The position numbers were made by a program, and so were the translations under genes. The notes below the pieces were generated by a model that saw only the letters and a program-made list of their open reading frames with translations, ran no database searches and was not told the DNA's origin. Shown piece after piece: positions 17,438 to 27,618 of a stretch of DNA of 30,084 nucleotides (its first letter is position 1; every line of letters begins with the position of its first letter). Source of the DNA: a virus (taxonomy: Duplodnaviria > Heunggongvirae > Uroviricota > Caudoviricetes); the IMG/VR virus record IMGVR_UViG_2908572912_000002. One strand, given 5' to 3'.

Positions 17438-18135
17438 ACAGTTGCTCCTTTCAGTCCGAACTTCGCTTTGATTTCTGCGATCTTCGCCAGAGCCTGAGCC
17501 CGGTTAAGTGGTCTACCGCCCATGACAGGAAGTTGTTTTACTGGTTCAGGTATAGCCTCACCACGGTTAATTCGTGCGGTCATACAGGACAGTTCATCGG
17601 CAGCCTTGCGCCGTAATTCCGCGTCAGTCAACGCATTGGCCCGCATGTTCTGATACAGGTTGGTAACCAGCCAGTAGTGCGCGTTTGATTTCCACGGATA
17701 AGACTCTGCATCCGGATACAGCCCGCGCTTCCGGCAATACTCGTAAACCATATCAACCAGCTCGCTGGCGTTTGGCAGCCCGGCGGTAACGGATGCTTCT
17801 TCCCGGCACCAGGCGACAAACTGCCCGGGTGATGGCAGGAATGGTCGATTCTGCCGACGGGCTACGCGCATTCCTGCGTTAACCTGTTCCATTGTGGTGA
17901 TCCCGTTTTCCCGGAAAGCCAGAACCCACTGGCGGCGGATTTCGTTCAGTTCGTTCTGGTCACGGTTAGCCAGACTCGCCGGGAAAGTTGCCAGTAACTG
18001 GCTGAACACACCGTTGATGATCTGCGCTACCTGCTGTACCTGCGGCTTTTCGTCGTACTGTTCCGGCATGTTGTTGGCGATCCGACGCATCTGCTCACGG
18101 TCAAAGTTAACCATCTGTGCGGCGATGTTTTTCAT
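17434..18135 (-). CDS. P: replication protein P (DnaB helicase loader)
   Basis: 233-aa MKNIAAQMVNFDREQMRRIANNMPEQYDEKPQVQQVAQIINGVFSQLLATFPASLANRDQNELNEIRRQWVLAFRENG... matches lambda P. Confidence 0.95.
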   Translation of the reverse strand: MKNIAAQMVNFDREQMRRIANNMPEQYDEKPQVQQVAQIINGVFSQLLATFPASLANRDQNELNEIRRQWVLAFRENGITTMEQVNAGMRVARRQNRPFLPSPGQFVAWCREEASVTAGLPNASELVDMVYEYCRKRGLYPDAESYPWKSNAHYWLVTNLYQNMRANALTDAELRRKAADELSCMTARINRGEAIPEPVKQLPVMGGRPLNRAQALAKIAEIKAKFGLKGATV

Positions 18136-19031
18136 AGATCCACCCCGTAAATCCAGTCTGTGTTTGTCAGGTCGAGTTTTGGTTTGCTGGCTGTCACGAC
18201 TGCCTGTTGCTTGTTACGGTTGATTTCGAGCTGGGTCCACTTGTCGCGGAGTTTGGCCGGACTAAGCACGTTACCGGACCAGAAGTTGTCCTGGCATGCC
18301 CAGCGGAACAGCACGCACATGTCGCGGTGGTTACGTCCGTCACGTTCACGCATCAGGCGGATATCGTTAGCCCACCCTGCAAAATTCGGTTTTCTGGCTG
18401 ATGGCGCGATGGTCTTCACCATGTCAAACATCCACTCTGCGGCGGTCAGGTCTTCTGCTGTCCCCCACTTGCTGCCGCTCTGAATTGCAGCATCCGGTTT
18501 CACCACAGAAAGATCGTTTTCTGGCTGGTCAGAGGATTCGCCAGAATTCTCTGACGAATAATCTTTTCTTTTTTCTTTTGTAATAGTGTCTTTTGTGTCC
18601 CTCTGTTTTGAGGGATAGCAATCCCCCAATTTGAGGGATGTTTTATCCCTCGTTTTAGGGGATTTTCCCTCGTTTTGAGGGATACACCATTCTGAGATGT
18701 TTTTATTTGGTCCAAACATGCCGCCTTGCTGCTTGATAATATTCATTCTGACGAGTTCTAACTTGGCTTCATTGCACCGTTTGACGGGTAACTTTGTAAT
18801 CTCGCTAAGTTGAGAATCGGTGATTCTGTCCATTGGTTTATTCCACCCATAGGTTTTACGCAGAATGGCAAGCAGCACTTTAAACTGTCGCTTGGTCAGA
18901 TCTGCGCCCGAATAAGCCTCAAGCAGCATATTTGATAGTCTGGCGTAACCATCATCGAGATCTGCCACATTACGCTCCTGTCCGGCAAAGTTACCTCTGC
19001 CGAAGTTGAGTATTTTTGCTGTATTTGTCAT
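18132..19031 (-). CDS. O: replication initiator O
   Basis: 299-aa MTNTAKILNFGRGNFAGQERNVADLDDGYARLSNMLLEAYSGADLTKRQFKVLLAILRKTYGWNKPMDRITDSQ... matches lambda O; contains ori iterons. Confidence 0.95.
   Translation of the reverse strand: MTNTAKILNFGRGNFAGQERNVADLDDGYARLSNMLLEAYSGADLTKRQFKVLLAILRKTYGWNKPMDRITDSQLSEITKLPVKRCNEAKLELVRMNIIKQQGGMFGPNKNISEWCIPQNEGKSPKTRDKTSLKLGDCYPSKQRDTKDTITKEKRKDYSSENSGESSDQPENDLSVVKPDAAIQSGSKWGTAEDLTAAEWMFDMVKTIAPSARKPNFAGWANDIRLMRERDGRNHRDMCVLFRWACQDNFWSGNVLSPAKLRDKWTQLEINRNKQQAVVTASKPKLDLTNTDWIYGVDL
18556..18684. repeat. ori: ori-lambda: four ~19-bp O-binding iterons (tccctc...gagggat) plus adjacent AT-rich unwinding region, inside O
   Basis: Iterons at ~18598-18617, 18621-18639, 18644-18662, 18666-18684; AT-rich tract 18556-18596. 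Confidence 0.85.
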
Positions 19032-19063
19032 AATGACTCCTGTTGATAGATCCAGTAATGACC

Positions 19064-19357
19064 TCAGAACTCCATCTGGATTTGTTCAGAACGCTCGGTT
19101 GCCGCCGGGCGTTTTTTATTGGTGAGAATCGCAGCAACTTGTCGCGCCAATCGAGCCATGTCGTCGTCAACGCCCCCCCATTCAAGAACAGCAAGCAGCA
19201 TTGAGAACTTTGGAATCCAGTCCCTCTTCCACCTGCTGATCTGCGACTTATCAACGCCCACAGCTTCCGCTGTCTTCTCAGTTCCAAGCATTGCGATTTT
19301 GTTAAGCAACGCACTCTCGATTCGTAGAGCCTCGTTGCGTTTGTTTGCACGAACCAT
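19064..19357 (-). CDS. cII: transcriptional activator CII
   Basis: From internal Met of ORF 19064-19417: MVRANKRNEALRIESALLNKIAMLGTEKTAEAVGVDKSQISRWKRDWIPKFSMLLAVLEWGGVDDDMARLARQVAAILTNKKRPAATERSEQIQMEF. Confidence 0.95.
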   Translation of the reverse strand: MVRANKRNEALRIESALLNKIAMLGTEKTAEAVGVDKSQISRWKRDWIPKFSMLLAVLEWGGVDDDMARLARQVAAILTNKKRPAATERSEQIQMEF

Positions 19358-19436
19358 ATGTAAGTATTTCCTTAGATAACAATTGATTGAATGTATGCAA
19401 ATAAATGCATACACCATAGGTGTGGTTTAATTTGAT

Positions 19437-19451
19437 GCCCTTTTTCAGGGC
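19437..19451 (-). promoter_or_regulatory. nutR: nutR boxB hairpin (gccctgaaaaagggc on minus strand)
   Basis: Plus strand gccctttttcagggc between cro and cII. Confidence 0.8.
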
Positions 19452-19476
19452 TGGGATGTGTAAGAGCGGGAATGTC

Positions 19477-20831
<1,355 letters not shown>

Positions 20832-20881
20832 TCCCCACCTCAATCTCGATAACCAAAAAACAAACTATTTTCCGTTTAAAA

Positions 20882-20950
20882 ACAATGGAGTTTGTTTTTC
20901 ACGCCCCTTTTTTACAATATTTCTTGTTTACAACATACAGTCTTTCTTGT
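20882..20950. promoter_or_regulatory. oL: oL operators of 434 type with pL
   Basis: acaatggagtttgt (20882-20895), acaatatttcttgt (20914-20927), acagtctttcttgt (20937-20950). Confidence 0.8.
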
Positions 20951-20994
20951 AATTTTAAGCCATCAGCAGGACGCACTGACCACCATTGAAGGTG

Positions 20995-21026
20995 ATGCTC
21001 TTAAAAATTAAGCCCTGAAGAAGGGC
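20995..21026 (+). promoter_or_regulatory. nutL: nutL (boxA tgctcttaaaaattaa plus boxB hairpin gccctgaagaagggc)
   Basis: Sequence matches lambda nutL as recalled; upstream of N. Confidence 0.85.
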
Positions 21027-21184
21027 AGCATTCAAAGCAGAAGGCTTTGGGGTGTGTGATACGAAACGAAGCATTGGCCGGAAGTGCGAATCCGGATTAG
21101 CTGCAAATGAGCCAATCGTGGGGTGTTTTCGTTCAGGACTACGACTCACACACACCACCAAAGCTAACTGACAAGAGAATCCAG

Positions 21185-21508
21185 ATGGATGCACAAACAC
21201 GCCGCCGCGAACGTCGCGCAGAGAAACAGGCTCAATGGAAAGCAGCAAATCCCCTGTTGGTTGGGGTAAGCGCAAAACCAGTTAACCGCCCTATTCTCTC
21301 GCTGAATCGCAAACCGAAATCACGAGTAGAAAGCGCACTGAATCCGATAGACCTTACGGTGCTGGCTGAATACCACGAACAGATTGAAAGCAACCTGCAA
21401 CGTATTGAGCGCAAGAATCATCGAGTTTGGTATAGCAAGCCAAGTGAGTTCGGTATAACTTGTCAAGGAAGACAAAAGGTTAAAGGGAAATCCATTCCAT
21501 TGGCATGA
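21185..21508 (+). CDS. N: antitermination protein N
   Basis: From internal Met of ORF 21107-21508: MDAQTRRRERRAEKQAQWKAANPLLVGVSAKPVNRPILSLNRKPKSRVESALNPIDLTVLAEYH... Confidence 0.95.
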   Translation: MDAQTRRRERRAEKQAQWKAANPLLVGVSAKPVNRPILSLNRKPKSRVESALNPIDLTVLAEYHEQIESNLQRIERKNHRVWYSKPSEFGITCQGRQKVKGKSIPLA

Positions 21509-22386
21509 GGTACGTAATGAAGAAAATTGATTACAAGTCCATACCAAAACCAATAGACTCAGCATCAGAGCGAAAAAAACACAAAAAAGAGGCTGAAAAA
21601 TTAGCAAATTATATCAGTTTTATTAGAAACAATGCTCACGGCGATGGCGACAGGAAGTTGCTTTCAGATGCCCGGACCCAAGCGTTCAGCATACTTCGTA
21701 AGCAGATGCAATATCGTCTTCATCCAGGCTACATAATTGAAATTCGCCCGACTGAAAGACAATTGTTCTTATTAAACTCTGTCTTTGACTTTGTAAACGT
21801 AGTTGGAGATCTTATCGACAGGTCTGTAGATAAGGCTCCTGATACAAATAGTTTTCTTCTAACAAATAAAGAATACTTATATGGTAAATTTGGTATAAAC
21901 GGATGGCAAAAATATGTACGATTCTTACGTGCATTCGTTGATGCGTATAAAAATTCCGACATGATTTATACATATTTGCCTGGTGGTAATAATTGTACGC
22001 TTTCGGCAGACAATAGAATATTCATACCTATACTTGGTCTTGGGCTGATTAATGCAGTAAATGAAAGAGATGTTATAATTGTTAAGCAGTGGCGAAAGCA
22101 TGAGGGATATAGATATCTGCCATGCTTTGATATATTAAAAATACAGAATAAATTCTATGTAAAAATTAAATATAAAGAAGATGTTTTCTTCCTCAGAAAA
22201 AACAAAGATCTTTTACAAGAACTTTCTGGGACAATAGATGTCATCGTAGGTTCTAGGTTTATAAAAGAACTGAAAGAAAGCAGGTCTTTCTCTCGTGTAG
22301 AGATAAGCGAGTCAGAGTTATGGGGTATATCAAATAATCCTGTAAACCACGCTCACCAACGAAATCCAAACAAAAAGTGGTCATAA
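21505..22386 (+). CDS. hypothetical 293-aa protein (low-GC moron) occupying the sieB/ral position between N and ea10; function unknown
   Basis: ORF overlaps N stop; probable start at 21517 (MKKIDYK) with SD gagg; own terminator at 22387-22410; no lambda counterpart recognised. Confidence 0.7.
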   Translation: MRYVMKKIDYKSIPKPIDSASERKKHKKEAEKLANYISFIRNNAHGDGDRKLLSDARTQAFSILRKQMQYRLHPGYIIEIRPTERQLFLLNSVFDFVNVVGDLIDRSVDKAPDTNSFLLTNKEYLYGKFGINGWQKYVRFLRAFVDAYKNSDMIYTYLPGGNNCTLSADNRIFIPILGLGLINAVNERDVIIVKQWRKHEGYRYLPCFDILKIQNKFYVKIKYKEDVFFLRKNKDLLQELSGTIDVIVGSRFIKELKESRSFSRVEISESELWGISNNPVNHAHQRNPNKKWS

Positions 22387-22410
22387 CCCGCTCAGGCGGG
22401 TTTCATTTTC
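22387..22410 (+). terminator. Rho-independent terminator directly after the 293-aa gene
   Basis: cccgc-tcag-gcggg followed by tttcatttt. Confidence 0.6.
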
Positions 22411-22528
22411 ACGCAAACAACAGAATAAACACTGCACTGTGTATTCATTCCAACGAGTGAATACACGGAGCAATGTCGCTCGTAACTAAACAGGAGTCGA
22501 CTTGTTCTGATTATTGGAAATCTTCTTT

Positions 22529-22556
22529 GCCCTCCAGTATGAGGGCGATTTTTTAT
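22529..22556 (+). terminator. Rho-independent terminator upstream of ea10 (tL2-like)
   Basis: gccctc-cagtatg-agggc followed by gatttttta. Confidence 0.55.
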
Positions 22557-22574
22557 CTGTGAGGATATGAATAG

Positions 22575-22943
22575 ATGTCAAACATAAAAAAATACATCAT
22601 TGATTACGACTGGAAAGCATCAATAGAAATTGAAATCGACCATGACGTAATGACAGAGGAAAAACTTTACCAGATTAATAATTTCTGGTCAGACTCTGAA
22701 TACCGACTCAATAAACACGGCTCTGTATTAAATGCTGTATTAATCATGCTGGCGCAACATGCTCTGCTTATAGCAATTTCAAGCGACTTAAATGCATATG
22801 GTGTTGTGTGTGAGTTCGACTGGAATGATGGAAATGGTCAGGAAGGATGGCCTCCAATGGATGGTAGCGAAGGAATAAGAATTACCGATATCGATACATC
22901 AGGAATATTTGATCCAGATGATATGACTATCAAAGCCGCCTGA
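22575..22943 (+). CDS. ea10: Ea10 (lambda early protein, Ssb-like)
   Basis: 122-aa MSNIKKYIIDYDWKASIEIEIDHDVMTEEKLYQINNFWSDSEYRLNKHGSVLNAVL... as in lambda Ea10. Confidence 0.85.
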   Translation: MSNIKKYIIDYDWKASIEIEIDHDVMTEEKLYQINNFWSDSEYRLNKHGSVLNAVLIMLAQHALLIAISSDLNAYGVVCEFDWNDGNGQEGWPPMDGSEGIRITDIDTSGIFDPDDMTIKAA

Positions 22944-23015
22944 GCGCGGCGTTACCGCATACCAATAACGCTTCACTCGAGGCGTTTTTCGTTATGTATA
23001 AATAAGGAGCACACC

Positions 23016-23180
23016 ATGCAATATGCCATTGCAGGGTGGCCTGTTGCTGGCTGCCCTTCCGAATCTTTACTTGAACGAATCACCCGTAAATTACGTGACG
23101 GATGGAAACGCCTTATCGACATACTTAATCAGCCAGGAGTCCCAAAAAATGGATCAAACACTTATGGCTATCCAGACTAA
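23016..23180 (+). CDS. cIII: CIII (FtsH inhibitor protecting CII)
   Basis: Hand translation [54 protein letters not shown] (54 aa). Confidence 0.85.
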   Translation: MQYAIAGWPVAGCPSESLLERITRKLRDGWKRLIDILNQPGVPKNGSNTYGYPD

Positions 23181-23313
23181 ATTCACTATCGCCACTTTTA
23201 TTGGCGATGAAAAGATGTTTCGTGAGGCCGTCGACGCTTATAAAAAATGGATATTAATACTGAAACTGAGATCAAGCAAAAGCATTCACTACCCCCCTTC
23301 CCTGTTTTTCTAA
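23149..23313 (+). CDS. kil: Kil (host cell-division inhibitor)
   Basis: In-frame portion of ORF 23023-23313: [54 protein letters not shown]; start choice uncertain. Confidence 0.7.
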   Translation: MDQTLMAIQTKFTIATFIGDEKMFREAVDAYKKWILILKLRSSKSIHYPPSLFF

Positions 23314-23663
23314 TCAGCCCGGCATTTCGCGGACGATATTTTCACAGCTATTTCAGGAGTTCAGCCATGAACGCTTATTACATTCAGGATCGTCTTGAGG
23401 CTCAGAGCTGGGCGCGTCACTACCAGCAGATCGCCCGTGAAGAGAAAGAGGCAGAACTGGCAGACGACATGGAAAAAGGCCTGCCCCAGCACCTGTTTGA
23501 ATCGCTATGCATCGATCATTTGCAACGCCACGGGGCCAGCAAAAAAGCCATTACCCGTGCGTTTGATGACGATGTTGAGTTTCAGGAGCGCATGGCAGAA
23601 CACATCCGGTACATGGTTGAAACCATTGCTCACCATCAGGTTGATATTGATTCAGAGGTATAA
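23247..23663 (+). CDS. gam: Gam (RecBCD inhibitor), long form
   Basis: 138-aa [78 protein letters not shown]... Confidence 0.95.
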   Translation: MDINTETEIKQKHSLPPFPVFLISPAFRGRYFHSYFRSSAMNAYYIQDRLEAQSWARHYQQIAREEKEAELADDMEKGLPQHLFESLCIDHLQRHGASKKAITRAFDDDVEFQERMAEHIRYMVETIAHHQVDIDSEV

Positions 23664-23668
23664 AACGG

Positions 23669-24454
23669 ATGAGTACAGCACTCGCAACGCTGGCTGGGAA
23701 GCTGGCTGAACGTGTCGGCATGGATTCTGTCGACCCACAGGAACTGATCACCACTCTTCGCCAGACGGCATTTAAAGGTGATGCCAGCGATGCGCAGTTC
23801 ATCGCATTGTTGATCGTCGCCAACCAGTACGGCCTTAATCCGTGGACGAAAGAAATTTACGCCTTCCCTGATAAGCAGAACGGCATCGTTCCGGTGGTGG
23901 GCGTTGATGGCTGGTCCCGTATCATCAATGAAAACCAGCAGTTTGATGGCATGGACTTTGAGCAGGACAATGAATCCTGCACATGCCGGATTTACCGCAA
24001 GGACCGTAATCATCCGATCTGCGTTACCGAGTGGATGGATGAATGCCGCCGCGAACCATTCAAAACCCGCGAAGGCAGAGAAATCACGGGGCCGTGGCAG
24101 TCGCATCCCAAACGGATGTTACGTCATAAAGCCATGATTCAGTGTGCCCGTCTGGCCTTCGGATTTGCTGGTATCTATGACAAGGATGAAGCCGAGCGCA
24201 TTGTCGAAAATACCGCATACACTGCAGAACGTCAGCCGGAACGCGACATCACTCCGGTTAACGATGAAACCATGCAGGAGATTAACACTCTGCTGATTGC
24301 CCTGGATAAAACATGGGATGACGACTTATTGCCGCTCTGTTCCCAGATATTTCGCCGCGACATTCGCGCATCGTCAGAACTGACACAGGCCGAAGCAGTG
24401 AAAGCTCTTGGATTCCTGAAACAGAAAGCCTCTGAGCAGAAGGTGGCTGCATGA
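23669..24454 (+). CDS. bet: Bet (Red-beta single-strand annealing protein)
   Basis: 261-aa [84 protein letters not shown]... Confidence 0.95.
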   Translation: MSTALATLAGKLAERVGMDSVDPQELITTLRQTAFKGDASDAQFIALLIVANQYGLNPWTKEIYAFPDKQNGIVPVVGVDGWSRIINENQQFDGMDFEQDNESCTCRIYRKDRNHPICVTEWMDECRREPFKTREGREITGPWQSHPKRMLRHKAMIQCARLAFGFAGIYDKDEAERIVENTAYTAERQPERDITPVNDETMQEINTLLIALDKTWDDDLLPLCSQIFRRDIRASSELTQAEAVKALGFLKQKASEQKVAA

Positions 24455-25131
24455 CACCGGACATTATCCTGCAGCGTACCGGGATCGACGTGAGAGCTGT
24501 CGAACAGGGAGATGATGCGTGGAACAAATTACGACTCGGCGTCATCACGGCTTCAGAAGTTCACAATGTGATAGCAAAACCCCGCTCCGGTAAAAAGTGG
24601 CCTGACATGAAAATGTCCTACTTTCACACCCTGCTGGCTGAGATTTGCACCGGTGTGGCTCCGGAAGTTAACGCTAAGGCGCTGGCCTGGGGAAAACAGT
24701 ACGAGAATGACGCCAGAGCCCTGTTTGAGTTTACTTCCGGCGTGAATGTTACTGAATCCCCGATCATCTATCGCGACGAAAGTATGCGCACCGCCTGCTC
24801 TCCCGATGGTTTATGCAGTGACGGCAACGGCCTTGAGCTGAAATGCCCGTTTACCTCCCGGGATTTCATGAAGTTCCGGCTCGGTGGTTTCGAGGCCATA
24901 AAGTCGGCTTACATGGCCCAGGTGCAGTACAGCATGTGGGTGACACGAAAAGATGCCTGGTACTTTGCCAACTATGACCCACGAATGAAGCGTGAAGGCC
25001 TGCATTATGTCGTGGTTGAGCGGGATGAAAATTACATGGCGAGTTTTGACGAGATGGTGCCGGAGTTCATCGAAAAAATGGACGAGGCACTGGCTGAAAT
25101 TGGTTTTGTATTTGGGGAACAATGGCGATGA
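24451..25131 (+). CDS. exo: Exo (Red-alpha 5'-3' exonuclease)
   Basis: 226-aa [68 protein letters not shown]... Confidence 0.95.
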   Translation: MTPDIILQRTGIDVRAVEQGDDAWNKLRLGVITASEVHNVIAKPRSGKKWPDMKMSYFHTLLAEICTGVAPEVNAKALAWGKQYENDARALFEFTSGVNVTESPIIYRDESMRTACSPDGLCSDGNGLELKCPFTSRDFMKFRLGGFEAIKSAYMAQVQYSMWVTRKDAWYFANYDPRMKREGLHYVVVERDENYMASFDEMVPEFIEKMDEALAEIGFVFGEQWR

Positions 25132-25310
25132 AGCATCCTCACGATAATATCCGGGTAGGTGCGATCACTTTCGTCTACTCCGTTACAAAGCGAGGCTGGG
25201 TATTTCCCGGCCTTTCTGTTACCCGAAATCCCCTGAAAGCACAGCGGCTGGCTGAGGAGATAAATAATAAACGGGGAGCTGTATGCACAAAGCATCTCCT
25301 GTTGAGTTAA
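25122..25310 (+). CDS. small lambda-like hypothetical protein (orf60a-like)
   Basis: 62-aa ORF overlapping exo stop, in the exo-ea22 small-ORF cluster. Confidence 0.5.
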   Translation: MAMKHPHDNIRVGAITFVYSVTKRGWVFPGLSVTRNPLKAQRLAEEINNKRGAVCTKHLLLS

Positions 25311-25474
25311 GAACGAGCATTGAGATGGCACATAGCCTCGCTCAAATTGGAGTCAGGTTTGTGCCAATACCAGTAGAAACAGACGAAGAATTTCATACGT
25401 TAGCCGCATCCCTTTCACAAAAGCTGGAAATGATGGTGGCGAAAGCAGAAGCAGATGAGAGAGACCAGGTATGA
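25283..25474 (+). CDS. small lambda-like hypothetical protein (orf63-like)
   Basis: 63-aa [66 protein letters not shown]. Confidence 0.55.
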   Translation: MHKASPVELRTSIEMAHSLAQIGVRFVPIPVETDEEFHTLAASLSQKLEMMVAKAEADERDQV

Positions 25475-25550
25475 CAACCACTGAATGCATTTTTCTGGCA
25501 GCGGGCTTCATATTCTGTGTGCTTATGCTTGCCGACATGGGACTTGTTCA

Positions 25551-25766
25551 ATGACACATCAGCAAGAAAACGCCCTTCGCAGTATTGCCCGTCAGGCTAA
25601 TTCTGAAATCAAAAAAGCCAGACAGCAGTTTCCGGATAAAAACGTCGATGACATTTGCCGTAGCGTACTGAAGAAGCACCGCGAAACGGTAACGCTGATG
25701 GGATTCACACCGACTCATTTAAGCCTGGCGATCGGCATGTTAAACGGCGTCTTTAAGGAACGGTGA
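25551..25766 (+). CDS. small lambda-like hypothetical protein (orf61-like)
   Basis: In-frame Met within ORF 25485-25766: MTHQQENALRSIARQANSEIKKARQQFPDKNVDDICRSVLKKHRETVTLMGFTPTHLSLAIGMLNGVFKER. Confidence 0.5.
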   Translation: MTHQQENALRSIARQANSEIKKARQQFPDKNVDDICRSVLKKHRETVTLMGFTPTHLSLAIGMLNGVFKER

Positions 25767-25864
25767 GCATGAAAAACAAAATCATCATGGAGCTACAGGC
25801 TCCTTTTTTATTATTCGCATTCACCCTCAAGCGTATTAACCAACAATTCAGGGATTAATGAAAG

Positions 25865-26086
25865 ATGGCAGACATCATTGATTCAGCATCAGAAATTGAA
25901 GAATTACAGCGCAACACAGCAATAAAAATGCGCCGCCTGAACCACCAGGCTATATCTGCCACTCATTGTTGTGAGTGTGGCGATCCGATAGATGAACGAA
26001 GACGCTTGGCCGTTCAGGGTTGTCGGACTTGTGCAAGTTGCCAGGAGGATCTGGAACTTATCAGTAAACAGAGAGGTTCGAAGTGA
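25865..26086 (+). CDS. DksA/TraR-family C4 zinc-finger protein
   Basis: 73-aa ORF with CCECGDPIDERRRLAVQGCRTCASCQ motif (four Cys). Confidence 0.75.
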   Translation: MADIIDSASEIEELQRNTAIKMRRLNHQAISATHCCECGDPIDERRRLAVQGCRTCASCQEDLELISKQRGSK

Positions 26087-26631
26087 GCGAAATTAACTCT
26101 CAGGCACTGCGTGAAGCGGCAGAGCAGGCAATGCATGACGACTGGGGATTTGACGCAGACCTTTTCCATGAATTGGTAACACCATCGATTGTGCTGGAAC
26201 TGCTGGATGAACGGGAAAGAAACCAGCAATACATCAAACGCCGCGACCAGGAGAACGAGGATATTGCGCTAACAGTAGGGAAACTGCGTGTTGAGCTTGA
26301 AACAGCAAAATCAAAACTCAACGAGCAGCGTGAGTATTACGAAGGTGTTATCTCGGATGGGAGTAAGCGTATTGCTAAACTGGAAAGCAACGAAGTCCGT
26401 GAAGACGGAAACCAGTTTCTTGTTGTTCGCCATCCTGGGAAGACTCCTGTTATCAAGCACTGCACTGGTGACCTGGAAGAGTTTCTGCGGCAGTTAATCG
26501 AACAAGACCCGTTAGTAACTATCGACATCATTACGCATCGCTATTACGGGGTTGGAGGTCAATGGGTTCAGGATGCAGGTGAGTATCTGCATATGATGTC
26601 TGACGCTGGCATTCGCATCAAAGGAGAGTGA
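26083..26631 (+). CDS. ea22: Ea22
   Basis: 182-aa MSEINSQALREAAEQAMHDDWGFDADLFHELVTPSIVLELLDERERNQQYIKRRDQENEDIALTVGKLRVELETAKSKL... as in lambda Ea22. Confidence 0.85.
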   Translation: MSEINSQALREAAEQAMHDDWGFDADLFHELVTPSIVLELLDERERNQQYIKRRDQENEDIALTVGKLRVELETAKSKLNEQREYYEGVISDGSKRIAKLESNEVREDGNQFLVVRHPGKTPVIKHCTGDLEEFLRQLIEQDPLVTIDIITHRYYGVGGQWVQDAGEYLHMMSDAGIRIKGE

Positions 26632-26822
26632 GATCGGTTTTGTAAAAGATAACGCTTGTGAAAATGCTGAATTTCGCGTCGTCTTCACAGCGATGCCAGA
26701 GTCTGTAGTGTCAGATGATGACCGTACTCAAACATCGGGTTGAGTATTATCTTACTGTTTCTTTACATAAACATTGCTGATACCGTTTAGCTGAAACGAC
26801 ATACATTGCAAGGAGTTTATAA

Positions 26823-27104
26823 ATGAGTATCAATGAGTTAGAGTCTGAGCAAAAAGATTGGGCGTTATCAATGTTGTGCAGATCCGGTGTCTTGTCTCCA
26901 TGCAGACATCACGAAGGTGTTTATGTAGATGAAGGTATAGATATAGAGTCGGCATACAAATATTCCATGAAGGTTTATAAGTCTAATGAAGACAAATCCC
27001 CATTCTGCAATGTGCGAGAAATGACTGATACCGTGCAAAATTATTATCACGAGTACGGTGGAAACGATACTTGCCCTCTCTGTACAAAACATATAGATGA
27101 TTAA
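26823..27104 (+). CDS. ea8.5: Ea8.5
   Basis: 93-aa MSINELESEQKDWALSMLCRSGVLSPCRHHEGVYVDEGIDIESAYKYSMKVYKSNEDKSPFCNVREMTDTVQNYYHEYGGNDTCPLCTKHIDD. Confidence 0.85.
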   Translation: MSINELESEQKDWALSMLCRSGVLSPCRHHEGVYVDEGIDIESAYKYSMKVYKSNEDKSPFCNVREMTDTVQNYYHEYGGNDTCPLCTKHIDD

Positions 27105-27192
27105 ACCCAATATTACATAACAATCCTCGCACTCGCGGGGATTTATTTTATCTGAACTCGCTACGGCGGGTTTTGTTTTATGGAGATGATAA

Positions 27193-27360
27193 ATGCACTT
27201 CCGAGTCACAGGAGAATGGAATGGAGAGCCATTCAACAGAGTTATCGAAGCGGAGAACATCAACGACTGCTACGACCACTGGATGATATGGGCGCAGATA
27301 GCACATGCAGACATAACCAATATTCGAATTGAAGAACTGAAAGAACACCAAGCCGCCTGA
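27193..27360 (+). CDS. small hypothetical protein upstream of xis (lambda orf55-like), followed by a hairpin/T-tract
   Basis: Hand translation MHFRVTGEWNGEPFNRVIEAENINDCYDHWMIWAQIAHADITNIRIEELKEHQAA*; ccgcc-tgat-ggcgg then tttttt at 27350-27375. Confidence 0.55.
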   Translation: MHFRVTGEWNGEPFNRVIEAENINDCYDHWMIWAQIAHADITNIRIEELKEHQAA

Positions 27361-27399
27361 TGGCGGTTTTTTCTTGCGTGTAATTGCGGAGACTTTGCG

Positions 27400-27618
27400 A
27401 TGTACTTGACACTTCAGGAGTGGAACGCTCGCCAGCGACGCCCAAGAAGCCTTGAAACAGTTCGTCGATGGGTGCGCGAATGCAGGATATTCCCTCCTCC
27501 GGTTAAGGATGGAAGAGAATATCTGTTCCACGAATCAGCGGTAAAGGTTGACTTAAATCGACCAGTAACAGGTAGCCTTTTGAAGAGGATCAGAAATGGG
27601 AAGAAGGCGAAGTCATGA
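27400..27618 (+). CDS. xis: excisionase Xis
   Basis: 72-aa MYLTLQEWNARQRRPRSLETVRRWVRECRIFPPPVKDGREYLFHESAVKVDLNRPVTGSLLKRIRNGKKAKS. Confidence 0.97.
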   Translation: MYLTLQEWNARQRRPRSLETVRRWVRECRIFPPPVKDGREYLFHESAVKVDLNRPVTGSLLKRIRNGKKAKS

